Source: an uncultured Candidatus Saccharibacteria bacterium
Lineage (GTDB): Bacteria > Patescibacteriota > Minisyncoccia > Phycocordibacterales > JAKFXT01
DNA: 64,000 nucleotides
Direction of reading: 5' to 3'
Assembly (NCBI GenBank): GCA_964385825.1
Contig: CAYLPX010000001.1
Span: 271,959-335,958 of the forward strand
Position numbers and translations under genes: made by a program. Within the stretch, counting starts at the first letter, position 1. Every line of letters starts with the position of its first letter. Positions 53,809 through 63,563 of this stretch are shown piece after piece. The notes beneath the pieces are model-generated. The model was not told the origin of the DNA, searched no databases, and saw nothing but the letters and a program-made list of their open reading frames with translations.

Positions 53809-54561
53809 CTTTAAAGTAAACGCAGCTTTCACGGTCACCATCACCTCCTTCTTAATATCCCCTGTTGCATATGCCCCGTAATCAGACACTTCAACAGAAT
53901 TAAGTGGGAGTACTTGCACCACACCACTTGAAGCGTTCTTTAATTGACCAACCATCTTACCCGACGCTCCAGCAATCTTTTCAGCCCTGGCTCTAGCATC
54001 CTTAATGGCATCAGAAAGTAATGAAACTCGCAAATCACTTAACTTTGAATAGTAGTATTCGAGTCCCGCCGTGGTGAATACAACTCCATCATCAACTAAA
54101 GTTCTTGTCTGTTTGGCAAGCCCCGTTATCTTATCCACCTCACTTGAATCAACAGTAACCTCTTGGCTCAGCGTATACCTTTTTTCAACATTTGGGTTTG
54201 TATTGTTGCTGTAAGAGTAATCTTCATTCATAGAAATGGCCGCAATGGTTAGTTCCTCATCCTTAACCCCATTCTTGTCCATAAATACTTTAACCAGAGC
54301 CTCATCTTTTGCCATTGCCGCATACCCAGACTTGAGGTTACTAAGAGGTACGGTCCGACTAAAACTTGCCCGCCACTTCACCGTATCCGAAGTTACCTCT
54401 TGTTTAGCAGAACCAGTAACTGAAAGAGAATCATCTAAGAGACGTACTTTATAAAAGGCATATGCGCCAACCGCAGTACTTAGTACAAGTGCAAGCCCAA
54501 TAACTATAGGGGCAAATAGTAATGAGGGAGAAGCACCGAGTTTTATATGTGAATCTTGCAT
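53806..54561 (-). CDS. SIMPL domain protein (DUF541)
   Basis: N-terminal TM; SIMPL-like blocks (YTLSQEVTVDSSEVDK). Confidence 0.7.
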   Translation of the reverse strand: MQDSHIKLGASPSLLFAPIVIGLALVLSTAVGAYAFYKVRLLDDSLSVTGSAKQEVTSDTVKWRASFSRTVPLSNLKSGYAAMAKDEALVKVFMDKNGVKDEELTIAAISMNEDYSYSNNTNPNVEKRYTLSQEVTVDSSEVDKITGLAKQTRTLVDDGVVFTTAGLEYYYSKLSDLRVSLLSDAIKDARARAEKIAGASGKMVGQLKNASSGVVQVLPLNSVEVSDYGAYATGDIKKEVMVTVKAAFTLK

Positions 54562-54587
54562 AAAGCGATTTTATCCTAATTATTATA

Positions 54588-55409
54588 CTAAAGAAACACT
54601 CGTGTTTTAAGGTAGGCAAGTCCGCCGTAAAGTCCCCCAAGGTCTCCTAATTCTGCCTTTTTAATTATCGGGGCTTCAGGAAAAATCGTCAGTAATTGTC
54701 CCACATATTCCTCTACCTTACTTACTTTTATGCCAACCTCTTTGAACATAGAACCCCCGAGGACCACTGCATTCGGTGACCAATAGACAATAGTGTTATA
54801 CACACCGACGGCACAAAGATGGGCATATTCATCCCAGATCTTTGGATCGGTTATATCCTTTGGGTGCTTACCGTACCGATCAAACATAGCTGAACCTGAA
54901 ATTAGACTTTCTAACTCCTGCGGAACACCGTTGGCAACAAGTAGTTGGTGCCCTGGTTCAAAGCCATATGCTGATTCACTAATTAGTCCATTCACAATGC
55001 GCACCCCCCCAACTCCAGTTGAAACCGTGAGGTACGCCATAATGTCCTGATCTTGTCCCGCTCCATAGTGTGCCTCACCGAGCCCCACGAGTGCTGTATC
55101 GTTTTCGATATATACCTTAGTGCGAAGAGCTTCTTCTATATAGATACCAACCTCCCTCCCATCCCAACTAGGTAAGTGGGGTGCTTTAAGTAAGGTAGTT
55201 CTCTCTTTGTTCAAAACGCCAGGCAAACCTATAACCACACCATCTGGCTTTTGGTTATGTGTAATTTGCTCCACCGTTTGCGCGAAGGTGCGTATAGCCA
55301 CCTCAAAGTTCTGCGGAGTATCCAAAATAGTGGGAATAGAAAAACGCTTGAGGTCCTCACTCCCCGCAACACGCATTTTTGTTCCACCAATGTCAGCAAC
55401 AATATACAT
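54588..55409 (-). CDS. ROK-family glucokinase
   Basis: ADIGGTKMRVA ATP-binding N-terminus; ROK signature region; start moved to MYIVADIGG. Confidence 0.8.
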   Translation of the reverse strand: MYIVADIGGTKMRVAGSEDLKRFSIPTILDTPQNFEVAIRTFAQTVEQITHNQKPDGVVIGLPGVLNKERTTLLKAPHLPSWDGREVGIYIEEALRTKVYIENDTALVGLGEAHYGAGQDQDIMAYLTVSTGVGGVRIVNGLISESAYGFEPGHQLLVANGVPQELESLISGSAMFDRYGKHPKDITDPKIWDEYAHLCAVGVYNTIVYWSPNAVVLGGSMFKEVGIKVSKVEEYVGQLLTIFPEAPIIKKAELGDLGGLYGGLAYLKTRVFL

Positions 55410-55458
55410 AAAAATTAAAATTGAGTTGTCGTCCCAAAGATACGTATAGTATACAGGC

Positions 55459-56406
55459 TTATTCTCTAATCTTCTCTTTGAATTCTTTGATAAGTGGTGT
55501 TGCCGCCCCATCAATCCCCTTCTTATTCGCAATAGTTAACGCCATAAAATCAGCCACCAGGAGCGAGCCGAAAATCCGCTCAAACGCTGTTTCGCCGCGC
55601 ATAATGGTAGTTAACACAGTATAGCCACGCTCCAAAAGTATAGCCTTCAAAACTTCCATTCGTTTAACTACTCGAGGATGATCATTAGCATCTTCTATAA
55701 AAATAAAAGTATATGGTCCAATATCATTGTACGCAGACATTTCATTATGATTGAGCTCAGGAAACACATTAAAGAAAGCTGGGAGTTTAGCTGTTTCGTT
55801 AAGTTTAATTTTCCAGTTATATACAACCGCATAATTTTCGGCAGAACTATACACAACCGGGATAGAACCATCCAAACTTTGCGCCAAAGCCTCTCCTTCG
55901 CTTCTATAGCTTTCTGGATTTATCACCGTAACAAGACTCTGCAAGAGCTCCAGTGCATCAGTGTGACCAGAGAGTGCTGCAAGAGCAATGGTTGAGTACC
56001 CAATAGCGCTGCGCGGTTCAATTCCAGGATTAGGCAAGTCTATATACGGTAACCCCTCCTGCTTGGCCAACTCAAGCAGCTCCCCGCCGTCTGCCATTAT
56101 CGCGACATCATATCCTTTCACTGTTGCTTCTTGATATGCATCCAGTACTTCTTCAGTTTCGCCCGAATAAGAAGAGAGGATAATAAGAGCATCCTTTAGG
56201 AAATAATCAGGCACTTTCGGTAGTCCGTAGTTGCGATGGATGAGGAAATCAAAGGCAGGGTATGCACAACGCAAAATATCAGCACAAAGATGAGACCCCC
56301 CCATCCCAACAAGCACAAACTTATCATGATTCTTCAGTTTGTCCTTATTTTCTATCACTGGAACATAGGTGAACTGCTCCGCAAACTCTAAAATAGCTTT
56401 TTCCAT
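55459..56406 (-). CDS. Bifunctional phosphoglucose/phosphomannose isomerase (SIS domain, archaeal-type PGI/PMI)
   Basis: Two SIS domains; VLVGMGGSHL motif. Confidence 0.8.
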   Translation of the reverse strand: MEKAILEFAEQFTYVPVIENKDKLKNHDKFVLVGMGGSHLCADILRCAYPAFDFLIHRNYGLPKVPDYFLKDALIILSSYSGETEEVLDAYQEATVKGYDVAIMADGGELLELAKQEGLPYIDLPNPGIEPRSAIGYSTIALAALSGHTDALELLQSLVTVINPESYRSEGEALAQSLDGSIPVVYSSAENYAVVYNWKIKLNETAKLPAFFNVFPELNHNEMSAYNDIGPYTFIFIEDANDHPRVVKRMEVLKAILLERGYTVLTTIMRGETAFERIFGSLLVADFMALTIANKKGIDGAATPLIKEFKEKIRE

Positions 56407-56437
56407 AGATAGAATAAGTATAGCAAGATATATTCCT

Positions 56438-58423
56438 TTATGAAGCGGGGTTACAGGCCTTGCAATACCCGAGTTCTTCTAGTCTATTGAGGTAGCAAAT
56501 AACTGTATTAATATATTCTGAATGACTCCAAGTAAGAGGGGTCGCGCCAATTTGCTCCCCATTTTCGGGGTGAAGTTGTTCAGAGAGTACTCCGGATGGC
56601 TGAGCGTACTTTGCTACCCAGGTCAAAATAGTTCTAACTTTACTAAACTCTTTTTCAGTCTGAGCTTGCGAAATATAGTACTGTGCAAGCCAAAGCGTCG
56701 TGATAATCCACGGATTCCCCGGAGTGTTTGCTGATACTCTATAGTAATTATCCCCCTCATACCGTGCTAAGCCTTTAACTGTGATATTTTTAGAAAGCCC
56801 TTCTTCAGTTAGTGCTACTACTTTTACCAAACGCGGATCATTAACAGGAAGCAATTTAAATAAAAATACTCCAAACATACTAGAAGTATCAAGTGTTGTG
56901 TCACGCACTATTTCCTTACCTTTAAAAGAAATCTGCTTTATAAAGTATTGCAACTTTTCATCGTACAAATGTTTAAGTACAGCTACTTTCACTTCTTCAG
57001 CCCCCTTGCGGTACTTTGCTTCGTTGTTTTCCTTACCCAAGAGTTTTGAGAACTCGGCGGCTGCAATAAGCGCACCGTAGACTGCGCAGGCGGTAAATGT
57101 ACTGACTCCATACTTCTCTTCCCATAAATCATAACTAGATTTCGGTAAATTTGTTTTCGTATCACGATACGAAAGCATGAAGTCAGCTGCCTTTTCAATA
57201 ACCTCGTTATACATACTTTCTATGAACTCGACATCTCGTGTCCGTTTGTAGTGTTCATAGAGCGCCCAAATAACAAGCGCTGTTTCATCCTCCTGTATGG
57301 GAAGTTGAAACTGACCATCACGAATATAAGGGTGCCAGGAGGAGCCGAGTGATTGATCGGGCAGATACTTATGCATAAAATACCCTTCAGTACTAATTAC
57401 CCCCTTACAGAACTCAAAAAAACGACGTGCTACATGACTATCTCCTGCTCGATCAAGTGCTACAGCAGAAAAAGCTCCATCCCGCGGCCACATATAGGCA
57501 TACGTGTCTTTACCTTGATGAAGCATATCAGAATCCCCCGAAGCAATAATCGCCCCACCATCATCAGTATGTGCGCGCACAATCATGAGGGAACGCTTAA
57601 AAAGCTTCACAATGTCCGGCGTTAAACTATAAAAACTAAAGTTATATTTATTCACCCACGCATGCCAAAAATCAGTAGTACTTTCCAATATGTGCTCTGG
57701 TGTTTTTTTCATCACCTCCGCATTGAGTGTTAATGCTTCGGGGATAGAAGTTGCTCCCACCATCCAATAGTGCACAGTCTTTGACTCCCCACCATTATAA
57801 AAACCATAAAAGCCGAGCACCGAATCAACGGGCCCATGTTCAATAGGGTTTTTGGACAGGACACCATCTTCAGCGTCTTTATGCGACCCTTCTTTATCCT
57901 GATAGTTGGAGAGCCCGATCGTATAATCTGAAAATGGGACTCCATCTATTTCTCCATTAAGGAGAAAAACTCGACGGCCCTTATAGTGAATGATAGCGTG
58001 GCGCACTGGATCAAAGTATCCCGTATCGGCACTATGGGACTTATACAATTCAAACTGATGTCCTAAGTAAAGCTTGAGCTCTCTACTCTTTTTTAAAATA
58101 TTAGTGACTAGTATCTTTCGTACAAAAATACTTTTTTCGTTATACACCACATCATGAAACTCTAGTTTTACCTGTAGTCGTGGGTGTTCAGCTACAATCA
58201 CACTTCCGAGTGACTCTTCCTCACTACCAACCACGATCTGCCACTCTGGATCTTCCCCAAACCAATGCATAGCATTGTCTACAAAAAGCCCGATCTTGTG
58301 TACATAATGACCCCGCACCTGATCCTCAAGGCCCACATAAGGGAAATACAAATCGCGAACTTGTGCAAAGCGATCAAGTCCAACTAACGTCTTGCCGTTT
58401 CCAAGAACTAATGAGCGAGGCAT
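56438..58423 (-). CDS. Glycoside hydrolase family 15 (glucoamylase / glucodextranase-like)
   Basis: 661 aa with an (alpha/alpha)6 catalytic region carrying GH15-like Trp/Glu blocks. Confidence 0.8.
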   Translation of the reverse strand: MPRSLVLGNGKTLVGLDRFAQVRDLYFPYVGLEDQVRGHYVHKIGLFVDNAMHWFGEDPEWQIVVGSEEESLGSVIVAEHPRLQVKLEFHDVVYNEKSIFVRKILVTNILKKSRELKLYLGHQFELYKSHSADTGYFDPVRHAIIHYKGRRVFLLNGEIDGVPFSDYTIGLSNYQDKEGSHKDAEDGVLSKNPIEHGPVDSVLGFYGFYNGGESKTVHYWMVGATSIPEALTLNAEVMKKTPEHILESTTDFWHAWVNKYNFSFYSLTPDIVKLFKRSLMIVRAHTDDGGAIIASGDSDMLHQGKDTYAYMWPRDGAFSAVALDRAGDSHVARRFFEFCKGVISTEGYFMHKYLPDQSLGSSWHPYIRDGQFQLPIQEDETALVIWALYEHYKRTRDVEFIESMYNEVIEKAADFMLSYRDTKTNLPKSSYDLWEEKYGVSTFTACAVYGALIAAAEFSKLLGKENNEAKYRKGAEEVKVAVLKHLYDEKLQYFIKQISFKGKEIVRDTTLDTSSMFGVFLFKLLPVNDPRLVKVVALTEEGLSKNITVKGLARYEGDNYYRVSANTPGNPWIITTLWLAQYYISQAQTEKEFSKVRTILTWVAKYAQPSGVLSEQLHPENGEQIGATPLTWSHSEYINTVICYLNRLEELGYCKACNPAS

Positions 58424-58450
58424 AAAAAATTGCCAAAATAAAATTACACT

Positions 58451-58810
58451 TTACACGTATGCCTTAATAGCCTCTTCAACAACTACAAGAGCTTCTTCCT
58501 TATTCTTCACTTTGTGAAGCTGCTTACTGCAACGCTCATCACACAGAACTCCCCCAACCCATACTGCAAAATCATTTTTATCTTTTGCTACATGATGGCG
58601 GAATTGTTCCTCAGACATTTCTTTAAGTGCGCGCCGTAAGTCCATGAGACTACTTAAAATGGGGCCATTATTAACCCAAAAACAGAGCTCACCTGAGACC
58701 TCACGCATTTTTTTACCCTGTGTTTTGCCAGTTCCTTTTTTGGCCGTAACTTTCTTTACCGCTGCAGGTTTCTTGCTCACACTTTTAGTACTAACTTTTT
58801 TTACTACCAT
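58451..58810 (-). CDS. Hypothetical protein with lysine-rich N-terminal tail
   Basis: KKVSTKSVSKKPAAVKKVTAKKGTGKTQGKK tail and an 80-aa globular domain; embedded in the glycogen cluster. Confidence 0.45.
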   Translation of the reverse strand: MVVKKVSTKSVSKKPAAVKKVTAKKGTGKTQGKKMREVSGELCFWVNNGPILSSLMDLRRALKEMSEEQFRHHVAKDKNDFAVWVGGVLCDERCSKQLHKVKNKEEALVVVEEAIKAYV

Positions 58811-58883
58811 ATAAATATTGTGGACGAAAATTCCCTACTGTGTCGACGTTCACAGTGTTATACAAAAAGTATAGCATGAGAAA

Positions 58884-60074
58884 CTATTCAACACGGAGTC
58901 TTAAGTCGTTGATAACATTCATATAATTCATAAATGCATCATAGGGCGACTCGTATGGAGAAAAGTAAGCGTGCACGTCACCGTCGTTAAACCATTTAGT
59001 ACACATATAGTAGAAATGGTCGGAGGTTGTTAGCTTCCGCCAGGCTTCAATGAGCGCCTGATCATTACTCTTAAGCACTTTCTCTTCTAGTTTATACACG
59101 GCATCTATTGCTTGATGTTGCATAGGATTTCCCACCCACGCGGTTAAGTCCCGATCAGTGTCTGCCCAGGTCAGAATATGAGGGACATCAAGTTCACCAC
59201 GCACTGGGAAACTTCGCACTACTTCGCTCGGTGTCTTAAAATTATTATCAGGATGCTTTAGGATCTCCGCTGGCAAAGCTTCCAAAAAATGGAAAATACC
59301 CGTGTCTTCCCACTGATGTTCACCAAAGGTTTCATAGTCCATAAAAAGATTCACGGTGTCTCCATTGCCATTCGTACTGTTAAACCATTGTGTAAACTTA
59401 GGAGCAGTGAGGGGCCACTCAGCCCAATCACGCGATGAGAAACGAAAGGCGATATCATCGGAGAGTTTATAGTTCTTAAGCAGAAGCTTAATACGTTTGG
59501 TCCCGACTGGTTTGTAAAGAAAGTTGGGACTGCGCCACCCTAATACCTTGTCCCACCCCTCAGCAATGATTCCTTTATACCCCTTATCATCAGCCCAATA
59601 TGCCAGATCATTTCTATAAGAAAGTTCGGTATTTCTGAATACTTCTGGACGCACACCAAAAAGTTTCCAGATCAAGTCTCGGTGCATTTGTACTTGTTTT
59701 TCAAACTCCTCCTCAGAATAAAAGAAAGCGAGGGAGTGATAATAGGTTTCTCCCAATATCTCAACGCGCCCCGTGTCAACCATTTGTTTAAAAAGATCTA
59801 TAAGGTCGGGCGCTACTTCTTGCATCTGCTCAAGAGCAATACCAGAGAAAGAATATGAGGCTTTGAAGTCTTTGTGGCGCTTTAGTAACTCAAGAATAAG
59901 TTTGGTCGTCGGGTAGTAGGATTTCTCGGCCACTTTAGCCAATATTTTTTTGTTATTCGTTTTCCCCTCTCCTTCGTCATTAAAGTAGTGTGGGTCATTC
60001 CCAATATCAAAAACCCGATATTTTTTTACCCGATAGGGCTGGTGAACTTGGAAATAGAAACAGAGCGAAGTCAT
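58884..60074 (-). CDS. Glycoside hydrolase family 57 (alpha-amylase / alpha-glucanotransferase type)
   Basis: FQVHQPYR N-terminal GH57 signature. Confidence 0.8.
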   Translation of the reverse strand: MTSLCFYFQVHQPYRVKKYRVFDIGNDPHYFNDEGEGKTNNKKILAKVAEKSYYPTTKLILELLKRHKDFKASYSFSGIALEQMQEVAPDLIDLFKQMVDTGRVEILGETYYHSLAFFYSEEEFEKQVQMHRDLIWKLFGVRPEVFRNTELSYRNDLAYWADDKGYKGIIAEGWDKVLGWRSPNFLYKPVGTKRIKLLLKNYKLSDDIAFRFSSRDWAEWPLTAPKFTQWFNSTNGNGDTVNLFMDYETFGEHQWEDTGIFHFLEALPAEILKHPDNNFKTPSEVVRSFPVRGELDVPHILTWADTDRDLTAWVGNPMQHQAIDAVYKLEEKVLKSNDQALIEAWRKLTTSDHFYYMCTKWFNDGDVHAYFSPYESPYDAFMNYMNVINDLRLRVE

Positions 60075-60192
60075 GGGGTGGTTGATAGTTTATAGCAAGA
60101 AAGTTTATAGAAAATGCGGGGAATAGGGATAGAACACTTATAAGTATAGCGCAAAAATAAAAGCCCCGCGCTAGCCGCTGCGCGTGTGCTTT

Positions 60193-61431
60193 CTATTTGT
60201 TTCCAAAAAAGCCCTTTAGTCTTTCTATAATAGCCCTTAGCTTTTTAGCTGCTCTCTCCCAGCTGATATGAACCACTTCCTCAAGTCCATTCCCGCGCAA
60301 CGTAGCAGAAAGTCCACTATACCCAAGTACTCCCAAAATCTTATTGGCCATTTCGTCTGTATCCCAGAAATCTACCTTAAGTGCATTCTTTACCACTTCT
60401 GACACACCCGATTGCTTCGATATAAGTACAGGAGTCCCCAACTTCATGGCTTCAAGTGGCACAATACCGAACGGTTCTGATACTGACGGCATCACTACTA
60501 AGTCGCTAGAAGCAATAGTATCCGCCAGTGCTTGCCCTCGCATAAAATCATGAAAGAGTACCTTGTCCCCTATCTTATAGTACGAGGCTTCCTGCATCAG
60601 CTGTCGTTGCATATCTCCTGATCCCACAATAAGAAAAATAACTTTGGGATTCTTCTCGAGCACCTTGCATGCTGCTTTTATTAAATAATCCACTCCCTTC
60701 TGTATAGTAATGCGCCCATAGTATAGAACTACTTTATAGCCAGCGCTCTTGAGTCCCCGCAATTGATCATTCCTTCCTCCTTCGTAGGGAAAAGTAACAT
60801 CATCAATTCCATTATGGACTACAACCACTTTCTCCTCTGGTATACCATAATGCCTCACCACCATGTCTTTCGTATACTGTGATACTGCTATAATGCAATC
60901 TGCCTCATGAAAACCATCATACTCAACCTGATACACTTCTTCATTTACTCCACTCCCCCCGGTTCTATCAAACTCAGTTGCATGGATGTGTACAATGAGC
61001 GGTTTACCCGAAATCCTTCTTGCCTCAAGTCCTGCACCAAAAGAGAGCCAATCATGCGCATAGATAACATCGTAATTATCTTCTTTTACCAACTTGCCAC
61101 CTAGAAGTGCATACCGCCTAACTTCAGCCATAAGTGAGTCGCCGTATATACTACCCCTCAACCCACTTTTTTTTCCATATTTCTTTTCATATTCACCCGC
61201 ACTCATGTAAGGAGTAACAGGGGAATTAACGCCCTTATATTTTATATCGTCTGTTCCTGCCAACTTCATTTTAACTCCCTCATCACCCCCTATTTTTCCT
61301 TTAGGCAATACGAAAGTGATATCAAAACCTTCTTGTGTGAGTGCGCGAGAGAGACCCATGCAGGCAACCCCCAACCCTCCACTATTGTGAGGGGGAAATT
61401 CCCAACCATACATAAGAACTTTTGTAGCCAT
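60193..61431 (-). CDS. Glycogen-synthase-like glycosyltransferase (GT-B, GT4/GT5)
   Basis: KVLMYGWEFPPHNSGGLGVA N-terminus typical of archaeal/bacterial glycogen synthases; C-terminal E-x7-E region. Confidence 0.75.
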   Translation of the reverse strand: MATKVLMYGWEFPPHNSGGLGVACMGLSRALTQEGFDITFVLPKGKIGGDEGVKMKLAGTDDIKYKGVNSPVTPYMSAGEYEKKYGKKSGLRGSIYGDSLMAEVRRYALLGGKLVKEDNYDVIYAHDWLSFGAGLEARRISGKPLIVHIHATEFDRTGGSGVNEEVYQVEYDGFHEADCIIAVSQYTKDMVVRHYGIPEEKVVVVHNGIDDVTFPYEGGRNDQLRGLKSAGYKVVLYYGRITIQKGVDYLIKAACKVLEKNPKVIFLIVGSGDMQRQLMQEASYYKIGDKVLFHDFMRGQALADTIASSDLVVMPSVSEPFGIVPLEAMKLGTPVLISKQSGVSEVVKNALKVDFWDTDEMANKILGVLGYSGLSATLRGNGLEEVVHISWERAAKKLRAIIERLKGFFGNK

Positions 61432-61505
61432 TGGCAAATAACGCTCCAGACGGAACTTACTAGAATCGTACCACGCCTCCACCCCAAAGCGGTGTGTATT
61501 ACTTA

Positions 61506-63533
61506 CTATTTTCCAACTCCAATTGATCGAAGAAAGGCCTTATTGTTCGGTTTGCGTCCCAAGAATCCTTTAACGAGTTCCATTTCATCCATCGATGATC
61601 CTTTTTCAAGTATCCACTCACGATATTTTTTACCAATAGCTTTATTAAGCAATCCTTTTTTCTCAAATTCAGTAAACATATCCTGCGCAAAAACTTCTGA
61701 CCAAAGATAGCCGTAATAGCCCGCATCATACCCACCGGCTAAATGCCCAAAACCTGCTGGGTGAAGACTTTTAGGGGAAGGAGAAATGTGAGTTAGTCTT
61801 TCAGTAATCTTTGCTGCATGAGTATTAAGAGCTCCCTTAACTTTTCCCGTATGCATATCCATATCAAGAAGACCGAACGTTAGCTGACGGAGCACAGCAT
61901 ACCCCCCAACAAAGTTCTTCGCCTTTTTCATTTTCTCTATAAGTGCATCTGGCAAAGACTTTCCCGTTTGGAAGTGAGCTGAAATTTTCTTCAGCATTTT
62001 TTTATCCCAAACCCAGTTTTCCAAAATCTGCGACGGCATTTCTACATAATCACGCACAACATTAGTTCCCGCTTGAGAAGCAAAGCGAGTCTTAGTTAGA
62101 ATTCCATGCATTACGTGTCCAAACTCATGAAAAAGAGTTTCAACTTCACCGTGTGTCAAAAGCGAGGGAATATTCTTTTGTGGCCTAGCAAAATTAGCAA
62201 TAATAACTGAAGCAGGTGCTTTATATAATTCCCTGCCCCCTTCCTTAATAATCTCTCCATTAAAAAAATTATAAGCGCATGCATGGCTAAATTTACCTTC
62301 CCGTGGAAAAAGATCCATGAAGAAATAGGCGATTATTTTCCCCCCATCTTTAACTGCATAACTTTCCACATCATACTGCCAAACAGGCAAATCCGTTTTT
62401 TGGAAAGTTACACCAAGAAGAGTCTGGTATACCTCAAAGAGCCCCTTCTTTACTTTCTCAAAGGGAAAATACTCACGAATTTTCTGACTATCCACATTAT
62501 AAAGTTTTTTCTTTAACTCATTTGAATAGTAACCATCGTAATACGTATAGGGGGCCTTAGGGTCACCAATTAATTTACGTTTAAAATCTTGTAGTTGTTT
62601 AAATTCTTTTTTCCAAAGTGGCGCAACTCTTTTCTCAAGATCTTGAAGAAATGCATAAACAGCTTTCGGAGTCTTTGCCATCTGTTCTTCTAGTACATAG
62701 TCTGCATGAGTTTTATACCCGAGCAACTTCGCATGCACCTCGCGGAGCTTCATCATTTTTGTCAGAATCTCAAGATTTTTCTTACCACCCTTAAGCCCCA
62801 ACTTATCTGCCAATTCCTTTCTTTTTTTGTCATTTCTGGCATTAGTCAGGAATGGGCCACTATCTGGATACTCCAAAGTTACCTTGTATCTACCCTTACC
62901 ATCCCGCTGTAATCCCTTTAGATAAATCTCTGAAAGTCCTTCTGTTTCCTCCTCACTTACCCAAATATGATCTTTGTATTCGTTGAGATTTTTATCAAAC
63001 TGAATGGAAAGTTTAGAGCGCTCCTTAATATTCTTTTTCACTAATTCTCTTTTTGCTTTTGGCAAGCCAAAACCCATACGCAAGTAACCCCTCCAAGTAT
63101 CACCAAGCAACTTTTTTGCATCAAATTCTAGTTTCTCTTTTTTTGCATTCCCTTCCACATATTCTTTAATAGCCAGATACAAGTTTTCGTCATATGCGAT
63201 ATCAACTATTTCTTTACTGTATAATTCTTCAGCCATGTGTGCTGCATCCCGCACCTCTTTAGATATCGCAACATAACCAAGTACTCCGACACAAGACAGC
63301 TCTTCCCCATACGGATCCCCCGCTTTTTCAAGAGCTAAAATAGTATTCTCAAATGTTCTCTCACTCTTTGGTATCTTTTTTATTACCTCATGGTCCGCCT
63401 TAACTTTATCTAGAACCTTCTCCGGAATAGCCAAAATATCTTTAGGAGTCCACTTAACCCAAGCAAAATCGGCCGCAGTATAAGTCTTAACTGGCAACTT
63501 TTTCGTGTTTAACATCCGCGGATTATAGCACAA
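61506..63533 (-). CDS. M3 family metallopeptidase (oligopeptidase A / Dcp-like)
   Basis: HEFGHVMHG zinc motif; length and blocks fit M3. Confidence 0.85.
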   Translation of the reverse strand: MCYNPRMLNTKKLPVKTYTAADFAWVKWTPKDILAIPEKVLDKVKADHEVIKKIPKSERTFENTILALEKAGDPYGEELSCVGVLGYVAISKEVRDAAHMAEELYSKEIVDIAYDENLYLAIKEYVEGNAKKEKLEFDAKKLLGDTWRGYLRMGFGLPKAKRELVKKNIKERSKLSIQFDKNLNEYKDHIWVSEEETEGLSEIYLKGLQRDGKGRYKVTLEYPDSGPFLTNARNDKKRKELADKLGLKGGKKNLEILTKMMKLREVHAKLLGYKTHADYVLEEQMAKTPKAVYAFLQDLEKRVAPLWKKEFKQLQDFKRKLIGDPKAPYTYYDGYYSNELKKKLYNVDSQKIREYFPFEKVKKGLFEVYQTLLGVTFQKTDLPVWQYDVESYAVKDGGKIIAYFFMDLFPREGKFSHACAYNFFNGEIIKEGGRELYKAPASVIIANFARPQKNIPSLLTHGEVETLFHEFGHVMHGILTKTRFASQAGTNVVRDYVEMPSQILENWVWDKKMLKKISAHFQTGKSLPDALIEKMKKAKNFVGGYAVLRQLTFGLLDMDMHTGKVKGALNTHAAKITERLTHISPSPKSLHPAGFGHLAGGYDAGYYGYLWSEVFAQDMFTEFEKKGLLNKAIGKKYREWILEKGSSMDEMELVKGFLGRKPNNKAFLRSIGVGK

Positions 63534-63563
63534 AATGTGGGGGTAAAAATCGCCCCACAGAAA

